64,000 nucleotides of DNA from Christensenellales bacterium (lineage in GTDB: Bacteria; Bacillota; Clostridia; Christensenellales; UBA1750): positions 130,710-194,709 of the forward strand of contig JBMNOE010000002.1 in the NCBI GenBank assembly GCA_050942895.1, in the 5' to 3' direction. The notes under the pieces were generated by a model that saw nothing but the letters and a program-made list of their open reading frames with translations, searched no databases and was not told where the DNA came from. The position numbers were made by a program, and so were the translations under genes. Below, piece after piece: positions 39,662-50,700 of this stretch. Each line of letters starts with the position of its first letter. Within the stretch, counting starts at the first letter, position 1.

Positions 39662-41662
39662 CTAATTCACTGCCATTTCGCTTATGCGGGTTGCGTATAT
39701 CGCCACCACCGCATCTATAAGCGCGGCGTGTTTTTCCGGACTTTCCAGCACGGCCCTTGCTTCCTTATGAGTTTTTTCCAGCAGATTCACATCGCTCATG
39801 CCGGAGGCGATGCCCGCATCCAGAAGGCCGCTTTGCCGCGTTCCCAGAACTTCGCCCGGCCCTCTCAGCTCCAAGTCCTTTTGGGCGATAACAAAGCCGT
39901 CGTTGCTGTCGGTGAGAATTCGCAGCTTTTCGCCGCCGGAAGCCATCAAAAAGCAAAATGCTTCGCCGCCGCCTCTGCCGACCCGCCCTCTAAGCTGGTG
40001 AAGCTGGGCAAGGCCGAAGCGGTGGGCGTCCTCTATCACCATGAACGAGGCGTTCGGCACATTCACACCCACCTCGATAACCGTGGTGGAAACGAGAATA
40101 TCGGTTTCGCCGGCATAAAAGCCCTCCAGCGCCCCTTGTTTTTCCGCCGTCTTCATGGAGCCGTGAACAAGGGCGACTTTAACATCCGGCAGTTTCTCCA
40201 TCATCATCTCATATGTCTGCTGGGCGCTCATCAGGTCCATGGCCTCGCTCTCCTCGATCAAAGGGCAGACAACATAACCCTGCCTGCCTGCCGCCACCTG
40301 TTCCCGCAAAAAGCCGTACATCCCCTCCCGCTTAGACTCCCGCACTATGTGCGTCCTAACCGGCAGCCTTCCCGGGGGCAGCTCATCCAGCAGCGATATG
40401 TCAAGATCGCCGTAGAGTATCAGCGAGAGGGAGCGGGGTATCGGCGTGGCGGACATCACCAGCACGTTAGCGCCCTCCGCCTTCATCGAAAGCGCCTGCC
40501 TCTGGTTGACGCCAAAGCGGTGCTGCTCGTCGGTTATCACCAGGCCAAGGTTTTTATATTCGACCTTGTCGGTGACCAGTGCGTGGGTGCCGATTACGAT
40601 ATCCCATTCCCCCGTGCGGACGGCTTCATGGGCAAGGCGGTGCTCCTTCCGGGTCAGCGCGCCGATCAACAGCCCCACATTGACACCCAGCGGTTCAAGC
40701 AGCTCCTGAAACGATTTGAAATGCTGCCTTGCCAGCACCTCCGTCGGGGCCATCAGCGCCCCTTGATAGCCCGCTTTCACGCAGGCATAAAGAGCTGCCT
40801 GAGCCACGGCTGTCTTGCCGCTGCCCACATCCCCCTGCAAGAGCCTTGCCATGGGATCATCGCCTTCAAGGTCGGTTATTATCTCGCCTATGGAACGCTT
40901 TTGGGCGCGTGTCAGCTCAAAGGGCATCCTTGCGACCACATCATCGATATCCCTTCTGTCAATCCTCATGGCGATGCCTTTTCCCTTATCGCGTCCGCGT
41001 CCGAAGCCTAAAGCTATCTGATAATACAATAGCTCGTCAAAGGCCAGCCTTCTTCGCGCATCGGAAAGGCTCTCCTTGCTCTGCGGGAAATGCGCCTGGC
41101 TGTAGGCCTCGTCCAGAGGCATCAGCGCGTTTCTGCGAAGAATCGTCTCCGGCAGCATGTCGTCTGGCCTAAAAACCTCCAAAGCGGCCCTCACCGCATT
41201 TCGGTAGGTCTTGGCGGGCAGCGTTTTCATGGGCGGGTAAAGGGGCGTTATCGCCCCCACCTCACCCTCCGGCACGATTATGGGGCTTTGGGCCCTTAAA
41301 CTGCCGCCAAAAAGAACAATTTCAGCGTAAACATGATAATAAGCGCCTATTTTAAGGGTGCTGCGAAGATATGGCTGGTTGAAAAACACCGCCTGTATCT
41401 TGCCGCTTTCATCATGAAAGACTGCGGAAAGAACAGAAAGAGCGCCCACCCGCTTGATTGATGGCAAGCGTTTGAGCGCAGCTTTGAAAATAGCCTTCAT
41501 GCCCGGGCGAAGCTGCCCTATGGGCCTTGGGGCCGTATAATCCCTGTATGAAACGGGGAGCTTTTTGATCAAATCCTCCGGGGTGATGACGCCGCTTTTC
41601 CTCAGCTCCGCCAGCCTTTTTTCGCCGAGGCCGGGTATGCCGTCAAGGGATTCATTATGCAT
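39662..41662 (-). CDS. recG: ATP-dependent DNA helicase RecG.
   Basis: Wedge domain plus the SF2 helicase motifs GDVGSGKT, DEQH and QLRGRVGRG. Confidence 0.9.
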   Translation of the reverse strand: MHNESLDGIPGLGEKRLAELRKSGVITPEDLIKKLPVSYRDYTAPRPIGQLRPGMKAIFKAALKRLPSIKRVGALSVLSAVFHDESGKIQAVFFNQPYLRSTLKIGAYYHVYAEIVLFGGSLRAQSPIIVPEGEVGAITPLYPPMKTLPAKTYRNAVRAALEVFRPDDMLPETILRRNALMPLDEAYSQAHFPQSKESLSDARRRLAFDELLYYQIALGFGRGRDKGKGIAMRIDRRDIDDVVARMPFELTRAQKRSIGEIITDLEGDDPMARLLQGDVGSGKTAVAQAALYACVKAGYQGALMAPTEVLARQHFKSFQELLEPLGVNVGLLIGALTRKEHRLAHEAVRTGEWDIVIGTHALVTDKVEYKNLGLVITDEQHRFGVNQRQALSMKAEGANVLVMSATPIPRSLSLILYGDLDISLLDELPPGRLPVRTHIVRESKREGMYGFLREQVAAGRQGYVVCPLIEESEAMDLMSAQQTYEMMMEKLPDVKVALVHGSMKTAEKQGALEGFYAGETDILVSTTVIEVGVNVPNASFMVIEDAHRFGLAQLHQLRGRVGRGGGEAFCFLMASGGEKLRILTDSNDGFVIAQKDLELRGPGEVLGTRQSGLLDAGIASGMSDVNLLEKTHKEARAVLESPEKHAALIDAVVAIYATRISEMAVN

Positions 41663-41668
41663 TTTACA

Positions 41669-43303
41669 TCATTCCACCGAGAGTATGTAATAATAGACCG
41701 GCTGACCTCCGCCGAGCATCTCCACATCGCAATCGGGGTAAGCGTTTTCGATTTCCTCCAGCAGAGCGCCCGCCGTGTCCTCGTCAACCTCATCGCCGTA
41801 GAACACGGTGATAACGCCCGAATCTTCGTCTATCATGGTGTCTATAGTCTCCATGAAAACGGAGTTGATGTCCTGCCCAAGGGCCACAAGCCCTTCGTCC
41901 GACATGCCCATTATATCGCCTTCATTGATCTGCCTGTCGTCGATCTGCGAGTCCCTTACGGCATATGTGATCCTGCCGGACTTGATGGTATCGACGCTCT
42001 TGCACATGGCGCTGTAGTTGTCTTCAGCTTCGTTTTCAGGCATGAAGGAAAGCATCGCAGCTATCCCCTGGGGAATGGTCTTCGTGGGGATTACCTTCAC
42101 ATCGCAGCTTTCGGTCATCTCCCCCGCCTGCTGGGCCGCCAAAATGATGTTGGAATTATTAGGCAGAATATAAACTGTTTTGGCGTTGGCCTTTTCGATG
42201 GCGTTAAGGAAGGCTTCCGTGGAAGGGTTCATGGTCTGCCCGCCCTGTATTATCTCATCCGCGCCCAAATCCTTGAACACATTGGCGATTCCCTCGCCCG
42301 CAGCAACGGCGATGCAGGCGTATTCGCTCCTGGGCGCTTCATTTATGCCCTTGGCCTCCTCGATTATAGTGCTATGCTGTTCGCGCATATTGTCTATCTT
42401 AAGTCCGTGCAGGGTGCCGACCTCCAGGGCAAACTCAAGGGCCTGGCCGGGATGGTCGCTGTGGACATGGACCTTTAAAAGATCGCTGTCGCCAACCACC
42501 AGCACGCAATCGCCTATGCCGGACAGATTTTCACGCAGCCTTTCAGCCTTGGCATCGGCATCACCGGTGATGTTCCTGATAAAAAACTCGGTGCAATAGC
42601 CAAACTCAATGCTTTCATGCTCCGTTTCGCCGATGAAGCTGACATCCATCTGGGGAACTTTGTCGAAGGAAGAATCAAGGACTATCTCGGTGCCGTTCAC
42701 CGCCATGGCATAGCCGGAGTACATGGTCAAAAGACCTTTTCCGCCTGCGTCCACCACTCCCGCCTGCTTTAAGACAGGCAGCATGTCCGGCGTTTTTCTG
42801 AGTATGTTCTCACCTATTGACATTATATCCGCAAAGAGGGTTTCAAAGTCCGAAAAGCTCTTTCTTTTCAGCAGCTCGTCGGCGATCACTCTTGCGACAG
42901 TCAAAATCGTGCCCTCGCGGGGCTTCATCATGGCTCTGTAGGCCGTGTCGGAGCCTTCCTTCAGGCAGTGGGCAAAATCCTCCGGGGTGAGTTCGTCTTT
43001 GCCGGCCGCGCCTTTGGCGAAGCCGCGCATGAGCTGGGAAAGGATAACGCCGCTGTTTCCTCTTGCGCCCTTCAGCGAGCCCTTGGAGACGATATCCGCC
43101 ACCTGAGAGATGCTTGTTGACTGGCTCTGGGAAACATCCTTCGCGGCGAGCATCATCGTAAGAGACATATTGGTTCCTGTGTCGCCGTCGGGAACAGGGA
43201 AAACATTTAGCGCGTCAATATTGGTTCTGTTCTTTTCAAGCATGGACGCGGCATTCATGATCATCTCTTTGAAGAGCTGACCATCTACAGTAAAGACTGA
43301 CAA
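41669..43303 (-). CDS. DAK2-domain fusion protein YloV.
   Basis: DGDTGTNM Dak2 motif. Conserved yloU-yloV-recG neighbourhood. Confidence 0.85.
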   Translation of the reverse strand: MSVFTVDGQLFKEMIMNAASMLEKNRTNIDALNVFPVPDGDTGTNMSLTMMLAAKDVSQSQSTSISQVADIVSKGSLKGARGNSGVILSQLMRGFAKGAAGKDELTPEDFAHCLKEGSDTAYRAMMKPREGTILTVARVIADELLKRKSFSDFETLFADIMSIGENILRKTPDMLPVLKQAGVVDAGGKGLLTMYSGYAMAVNGTEIVLDSSFDKVPQMDVSFIGETEHESIEFGYCTEFFIRNITGDADAKAERLRENLSGIGDCVLVVGDSDLLKVHVHSDHPGQALEFALEVGTLHGLKIDNMREQHSTIIEEAKGINEAPRSEYACIAVAAGEGIANVFKDLGADEIIQGGQTMNPSTEAFLNAIEKANAKTVYILPNNSNIILAAQQAGEMTESCDVKVIPTKTIPQGIAAMLSFMPENEAEDNYSAMCKSVDTIKSGRITYAVRDSQIDDRQINEGDIMGMSDEGLVALGQDINSVFMETIDTMIDEDSGVITVFYGDEVDEDTAGALLEEIENAYPDCDVEMLGGGQPVYYYILSVE

Positions 43304-43343
43304 TTCAGGTTCCTCCTATGTTACCTGCGGTGCGAAGCAAATC

Positions 43344-43696
43344 CTATACTCGAATGCCCACCACTATTACGTTAATCTTTTCGACTTTTACGCCGATCAT
43401 CGTCTCGATATTATACTTGATGTTGTCTATGACGGCCTTTGAAACAGCCTGCATTGAAACACCATACTCCAGCACAACCGAAACGCTGATTGAAACGGAG
43501 CCCTCACCTGCGACGACCTTGACGCCCTTGGTGAGCGAATCCTTTTTGAACATCTCGACAATGCCGTCAGTGGCGCGCTTTGTGCCCATGCCGACTATGC
43601 CGTAGCATTCCACGCATGTGTTTCCCGCAACGGTGGCAATAACCTCATCAGCCACTGTGAGGGTTCCCAGTTCGAGATTAATTTTGCAGTCCATGA
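43344..43696 (-). CDS. Asp23/Gls24-family alkaline shock protein (YloU).
   Basis: 117 aa from the internal Met, with an AGGAGG RBS. Asp23 fold signature. Confidence 0.8.
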
Positions 43697-43734
43697 TAAA
43701 CCTCCTTTTGCATGATTGGAGTGCGCATACAATC

Positions 43735-43763
43735 CTTTTTACAATTATACTACCTTCACCCAG
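43735..43763 (-). promoter_or_regulatory. Sigma-A promoter (TTGAAA, 17 nt, TATAAT on the minus strand) for the yloU-yloV-recG operon.
   Basis: Minus-strand reading cTTGAAAaaactgggtgaaggtagTATAATtg, about 35 nt upstream of the yloU start. Confidence 0.55.
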
Positions 43764-43990
43764 TTTTTTCAAGAAAAAAAGCCGTTCATACATGTCCATA
43801 CTGTTAACGAATCAAAAACATGCGCCGCATCCGGCCCGCTGCCGCTTATAAGGCGGGGTTTCAAGCGCAGCATGGGCGTAAACAAATGCAAAACAGACGG
43901 GCATTTTAACGGCGCAACTATTTTTCCCCGAAGACAAATAATTATTTTAAACTGCAAGTTTTTCTAAATACAAAGCATGTTAACCAATAG

Positions 43991-44020
43991 TTGACAAGAA
44001 CAAAGCGAAGAATGTATAAT
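43991..44020 (+). promoter_or_regulatory. Near-consensus sigma-A promoter (TTGACA, 18 nt, TATAAT) on the plus strand. It points into the 3' end of the minus-strand PPTase gene, so it is antisense.
   Basis: agTTGACAagaacaaagcgaagaatgTATAATtatg. Confidence 0.45.
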
Positions 44021-44041
44021 TATGTGGAAAAACATGGTTTT

Positions 44042-44638
44042 TTAAAAGTGGCGAAACCTGTATATGCTTTGCGGAAGCAATGCGCAAACGAAAGCTGAAT
44101 AATGTGGCCCGAAGGACAATGAGATCAGGCGCGGTCCGCCCCCGGAAAAGCCGTTTAAGGCTGAAAACTCTCCCATGGGCTGTGAAAGCCCGCGGGAGGT
44201 ATATTTTATATAGCTCTCTTTAGCGCTCCAGATGTCAAAAAATACTTTTTCTGCCTCATTGCTTCTGCTGCCGCCTTTGCAACAGCGTTCCACCTTCACA
44301 TATTCATCAGGGTGAAAAAACCGCCGGGCAATGGACAGAAAGTCGCACTCTCGGTGCTCCTGGACATCAAAACCAACCGGGCGGCCGTGAAAGGCGCATG
44401 CCCAATACTTCCCGCTGTGGGATATGGAAAAATGAACTCCGGGCATGAAGGGAAAAAAGGGTTTCCCGTAAACCCCTGTTTTTATGGAAAAATCCACGGT
44501 TTCTATGCCCCGTAAGCCTGCGTAATGCTCTGCAGCCCTCAGCAGGAGCTGGCGGCTTGTATGTTCGCTTGAAACACAGCACTCGTAAAGGGCTATGTCG
44601 TTTTCACTAAAGAAAATGCTTCCGGTCAAGTGCATCAC
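44042..44638 (-). CDS. Sfp-type 4'-phosphopantetheinyl transferase.
   Basis: GKPFF...HFSISHSG, FDVQEH and WSAKESYIK motifs. Divergent from the NRPS gene. Confidence 0.85.
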   Translation of the reverse strand: MMHLTGSIFFSENDIALYECCVSSEHTSRQLLLRAAEHYAGLRGIETVDFSIKTGVYGKPFFPFMPGVHFSISHSGKYWACAFHGRPVGFDVQEHRECDFLSIARRFFHPDEYVKVERCCKGGSRSNEAEKVFFDIWSAKESYIKYTSRGLSQPMGEFSALNGFSGGGPRLISLSFGPHYSAFVCALLPQSIYRFRHF

Positions 44639-44729
44639 TCCATCAACATTTTATATTTTTACTTGGATATAGTCAAGAAATAATCGAGAACTGATCAAAA
44701 GATCAAAAAGTCAAAAAGTCTGTTTTAGG

Positions 44730-47700
44730 ATGGTGAATTCATTGGAGCGCGACCTGTATCCCCTTTCCAGCAGCCAAAAAAACATATGGAATCTGTCCAA
44801 GGTTTATCCAGGCACTCCGATGAACAATGTCTGCAATGTCCTTAGAATCTCCGGTGCCTTTGAGCCTTTCTTGCTTCAAAGATGCATCAAAGCTCTCTAC
44901 GCTGCATTTCCAGCGCTCACCACCAGGATCGCAATAAAAAACGGCATTCCTATGCAGCATCAAAGCCGCCTTTTTCCGGTGGAGGCTCCCTTTTTGGACT
45001 TTTCGAAGGAAAGCAGCGGCGAAAGTCTCAAGCAATGGGAAAGCGCCGTCGCCCGCGAGCCAATTTCAATTGAAAACTCGCCTCTTTCATTTTTTTATAT
45101 TTTTAAAGCCGGCGAAAGCAGCGGCGGGGTCATGATGAAGCTCCATCATATAATAACCGATGCATGGTCACAGGTGCTTTTGAACAACCATTTGATGCAT
45201 AATTATAAGCGGTTGATGAATGGAGATGAGCTTGACGAAACAGAGATGCCGTCATATGAGGCTCATGTCGAAGCCGAGGGCGAATATATTGACTCCGCAG
45301 CCTTTGAAAAGGATATGAGCTATTGGGCCCGGCGCATACAGACTCTGTCCCGGCTTCAGGCGGGGGATTTCACCGGCCTTTGCCCATCTACCGAAGCAAA
45401 GCGCAGCGAGTTTCTGTTGCCAGCCGGCCTCAGCCGGGGGATTCTTGACTTTTGCCGCGAGGGGAATATATCGCCCTTCACGGCGATATACATGGCCTTT
45501 GCAGTCTATCAGCTTCGCGTTCATGGCAGCAATGTATTTCCGATAGGCGTTCCCAGCATAAACAGGGTGAACCACAGGCGCAAGCAGACCCTCGGCATGT
45601 TCGTCAACACACTGCCCTTTTTCACCGTTATAGATGAAGCGGACTCAAGCGCCAACTTCAGCACCCTTTGCGAAATGGTTAAAAACGATTGGTTCTCGCT
45701 GCTGAGCCATCAGCGTCTGCCATATGAGAACATAAAAAACCTGGCTCCCTCGGGCTCAGGCAATCTTTTTGATGTGGTTCTCTCATACCAAAACGGCCGT
45801 TTGGACGATAACCTTGACCCGCGCGTGAGTTTTTTAGGCGAATGGATCCACAGCGGCCATCAGGCGGAGAGCCTTTGCATGCACATCAGCCATCAGGGCG
45901 CCGATGGGCTGCTCATATACTATGATTATCTTCCCCATGCCTTCACGGGCGCAGAAATCGCCGATATGCACAGGCATATGATCAACATACTTTCTGGGGG
46001 AATCAAAAGCCCTAAAAAACCCCTCTCGCTCCTTCCCATACTGGATGAAAGCGAGGAGCAACAGCTCATCTTCGGCTTTAACCAAACTGAAACTACTCAG
46101 CCAAGCGAGAAAAATATTGCCGAGGCTCTGATGAAAGCCCTCAATGAAAACTCCGGCAAGATTGCCGTTGAGCATGGCGGAAAAAGCTATAGCTATGGCC
46201 GGCTTAATGACGATGCGCTCATGATCGCCCGTGGCCTGGCGGAAAGATTCCCATCCGGCGGCAAGGTGATCGCCATATCGATGGAAAACGGCTATGAGCT
46301 GCTAACCTGCCTTTGCGCCGTCGCCCTTTCCGGGAACGCCTGGCTGCTGATCGACCGGGATCAGCCAAAGCAAAGGCTTGGCATTCTGCTGGCCCAAGGC
46401 GGCGCCAACCTGCTGATTTCCGACAGAGCATTTCCAGAAAGCCCGGGGGGCATCAAGCAGGTTCTCCCATCGTCTTTGGGCCTTGCAGGCGGGAGCCGTT
46501 TTTCCCCTCAGGCGCAGTCAACGCCGGAGGACATCGCCTATGTGGTCTGCACATCCGGCAGCACGGGTGTTCCAAAGGCCGTACAGGTGCCTCAGGAAAG
46601 CCTTTTGAATCTTGTTGACGCAATGCGCCCATTCTATTTGCAAAAGACTGTGCTGGCCCTGTGCAACATCGCTTTCGACGCATTTATGCTTGAAAGCGTC
46701 TGCACCCTCCTTTGCGGAGGGTCAATAGTAATACCGGAGGACGGCCACAGGCATGATCCCGCAAGGCTTGGCGAATATATATCAAAATACGATGTCGGCT
46801 GCTTCGCCTTAACGCCATCGCGCCTGCAGGCGTATCTTCAAAATGATGCCTTTTGCGCATCGCTGCGAAGCGTGGAAACAGTTATCTGCGGGGGGGAACC
46901 CCTCCCCGCCGGACTTGTGCGCCTGATGGCCAGGCATAGCGGCGCAGTTTTATACAACCAGTACGGCCCCTGCGAGGCGACTGTCGCCGTCACGATGGGA
47001 AGGGCCGCAGACCGCGATCCTGTCACCATAGGCCGGCCCATGCAGAACTGCCGCATATATATACTGGACGATAATATGCAGCCTCTGCCGGCGGGCTCCG
47101 TGGGCGAAATTTACATCGGCGGCCGATGCCTTGCAAAGGGCTATGCCCTTAAGCCGGAGCTGACGGCTCAAAGCTTTGTATCCGATCCCTTCCGCCATGG
47201 CGAAAGGCTTTATAAAACCGGAGATCTTGGCCGCTGGACAACTGAGGGCGAGATCATTTTTGCCGGCCGAAAGGACAGGCAGGTGAAGCTGCGGGGCCAT
47301 CGAATAGAGCTGGCCGAGGTGGAATCATGCCTGCTTTTGTTTGACGGAATCACAGCAGCAGTGGCCAGCATATATGAGGGCCGCCTTGTTGCCTATTACA
47401 CCTGCGATGGAATTGTGAATCCTGATGCTCTTTTGGCCCATGCCGCAGCGCATCTTCCCGCATATATGGTTCCCGTTTATGCCGCGCAGGTTGATGGCTT
47501 CGAATCGACCGCAAGCGGCAAAATCGATTATAGACAGCTTCCGGCGCCCGACTTGGGCGATAATAGCATTCCCGCGGATGACGTTGAGCGCAGGCTTCTT
47601 GCCATATGGCAGGCTGTGCTTAAAACAAGCGATATCGGCACCCGCACCTCCTTCTACAGGGCCGGGGGCGATTCCCTCAGCGCGCTGTCACTGGTCGCAT

Positions 47701-50700
47701 CGGTTGAGGAGGAGTTCGGCGTGCAGATTGAGCTTTCATCTTTGCAGACCCACGGCACAATCAGCCGCATGGCGCTTCTCCTGCGCGATAGAGCCGGCAA
47801 AGAAAGTTTTTCGGCGGAAATCCCCTTGGCGCCCCTGAGCGAAAGCGCGACATACCGCCCTTCAGCGCCACAGAAAAGCTTTTTCGCCCTCTCCCGTTTG
47901 GATGAATCCGGCCTTGCTTACAACATGCCCGGCGCCTTTTTGCTGGAAGGAAAGCTGGATATCAACCGCTTGGATAGCGCCTTCAAAGAGCTTATCGCCC
48001 TGGATGAAACCCTCCGCACAGGCTTTGAAATACAGGGGATGGACATCGTCTGTAAAGTTCATCAGAGCGCGGGCTTTGAACTGCAGCGCCTTAGCGGCAG
48101 TCTTGAGGACGCCATGAAAAAGTTTGTCCGGCCTTTTGATCTGGGTTCGCCTCCGCTGCTCAGGGCGGGCATTATTCAAGGTGAAAGCGCAGAGCAGATT
48201 CTGCTTTTGGACATGCACCACATCATATCCGACGGCATCAGCAGCCAGTTGACATTGGAGCGTCTCAGCAAGCTTTACCGTGGCATGGCCCCCGAAATGC
48301 CCAGGCTCAGCTATAGGGATTATGCCCACTGGAGCAACCAAGGCAGCTTTGGCCGTGGCGCTTTATCTCTAGAAAAACAGCGCAGTTTCTGGAAGGATTG
48401 CTTTTCAGGCGGCATTCCGCAGATGAGCCTGCCCACGGATAATCCGCGGCCGGCGGTGTTTAAAAGCGCCGGAAAGCGCTATGATTTCCAGCTTTCAAAG
48501 GAACTGACAGCCGGTATAAAGGATTATTGCGCAAAGGCCCACACCACCCCTTATGTGCTGCTTTTGGCAGTGTACGGGCTTTTTCTTTCCCGCTATTCAG
48601 GGGCGGAAGAGCTGGTGGTAGGCTCGCCCGTGTCGGGCCGCAGAATGAGTAGCCTTCAGCAGATAACCGGAGCATTCGTGAATACTCTGCCCATGCTCCT
48701 GGGCCCGAAAGAGGAGCTTTCCTTTGAGGATTATCTTAAAAAAACGCGTGATTTTGTGGCTCTCGCCCTGGATAATCAGGATATTCCCTTCGAGGAAATA
48801 ATGGCCATATCCGGGGCTTCCCACAGCCGCCGGAGCAATCCCCTTTACAGCGTGATGTTCTCATTCGTGCCTATGGATCCGGCGGGGTTTGAAATTGGCG
48901 GATGCGCGATGACGCCCCTTAAAGTGGGAGGGGGCAATGTGAAGATGGATCTTCATCTGGAGGCGACCATGTCCAAAGACAGCCTTAAGCTATCATTGGA
49001 GTATGCCGCCGCCCTTTTTGACGAACAGACCATCGGTCTGTATGCTCGCGGGCTGGAAGCGACCATGGTCGGCATTGTGGGCGGCGCTGGTCGGTCTCTG
49101 CGGGAAGTACCCGTCTTATCCTCTGCGGACAAGGCCAGGCTTTTTACAATCCCCTGGAATATGCGTGCGCCCTATGACGACCTGCCGGTGGATCAGGCTA
49201 TCGACAGCTTCGCAAAAGCCATTCCCGATGCCGCCGCCATCCGCTGGGGAGAAAACCAAAGCCATAGCTTCATCCGCGTGAAGGAGATGTCCGATAATCT
49301 GGCTGTTAACCTGCAAAAACAGGGTGTCCAGCCGGGCGATGTGGTGGCATTCATGCCCAGGCGGGACGGCGATATGATCCCCACTATGATCGGCATTTTG
49401 AAAGCCGGTGCGGCATATCTGCCGGTGGAGCCCTCCTTCCCTGCGGATAGAATAATATATATGCTTGAAATGGCAAAGGCAAGGCTGCTGCTGTTCAGCA
49501 GCAAAACAGCTCCGCCAAAGGGAATCCCATGCCCCTCTCAGGTGATCGATTTTTCCGCCCTGGAAGAACAGCCCTCTGTCCCTCCGGCCAATAGAAGCCC
49601 GGAGGACCCCTTTAACGTGCTGTTTACATCCGGTTCCACCGGCCAGCCAAAGGGCGTGATGATGATACATAAATCCATCAGCAATCTTCTGGCAAATGTG
49701 GAACCCCTCCTTGCGGGTGAGGATTCGCGGATGCTCTGCGCTTCCAGTTGCGTTTTCGATGTCTTTACCACAGAAGCCCTCCTGTGCCTGGCCACCGGCC
49801 GCTGCGCCGTCATCGCCGACGAGGAGGAGATGCTGCTGCCCTGGAAGCTTGCCGCCCGAATTGAAAAGGACGGCGCGGACATACTGCAGCTCACACCCTC
49901 TCGGATGCAGATGTGCCTTGCCAGCGATGAATTTCGCCATGCGCTAAGGAATGTCAAGAGCATAATCCTCCTGGGAGAACCATGGACGCTTTCGATGCGC
50001 GACAGCATAAAAAGGCTGACAAATGCGCGCATATTCAACATATACGGCCCCACGGAAACCTCTGTGCACAACTGCCAGGGGGATGTGACCGACTGTAGCT
50101 GCATACACATCGGCCTGCCCATAGGCAACTGCCGCTATTATCTGCTGGATAAAAAACAGCGGCTCCTGCCGCCGACCGCCCTGGGCGAAATATACATCGC
50201 CGGTGATTGCCTCGCAAAGGGCTATGCGGGCCGGGATGACCTTACCGAAAAGGTCTATCTTCCCGATCCTTTCTTCCCAGGGGAGCGGATGTACAAGACC
50301 GGCGATATCGGCAGGCTGCGGGCCGACGGCACATGGCAATGCCTTGGCCGCACCGATACTCAGCTAAAGCTCAACGGCCACCGCATCGAACCCTCGGAGA
50401 TAGCCGCTCAGATAGTTCTTTCCGCCCTTGCGAAGGAAGCGGCGGTAATACCTGTGATGCAGGACGGCGTTCCCCAGTCGCTTCGGGCTTATCTGGTTCC
50501 CGACGATGGCTACAGCGAGGAAGGCCTGCGAGGCTATCTGGCAGGCAAGCTGCCCGATTATATGCTGCCTTCTTCCTTTGTGGCGCTGGACGAAATGCCC
50601 CGAAATGCCAGCGGGAAGACCGATCTTAAGGCCCTGGCCCAGATGGATCCCCAGCAGAAAATATTGACTGATAAAATATCCGCTTCGCCGGAGGAGAAAG

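Noticed and set aside
39620-41011. 463-aa plus-strand ORF.
   Set aside because: It is antisense to recG, whose helicase motifs are unambiguous on the minus strand.
49116-50128. Two minus-strand ORFs of 274 and 196 aa.
   Set aside because: They lie inside the NRPS gene, antisense. The NRPS domain motifs are continuous in the plus frame.
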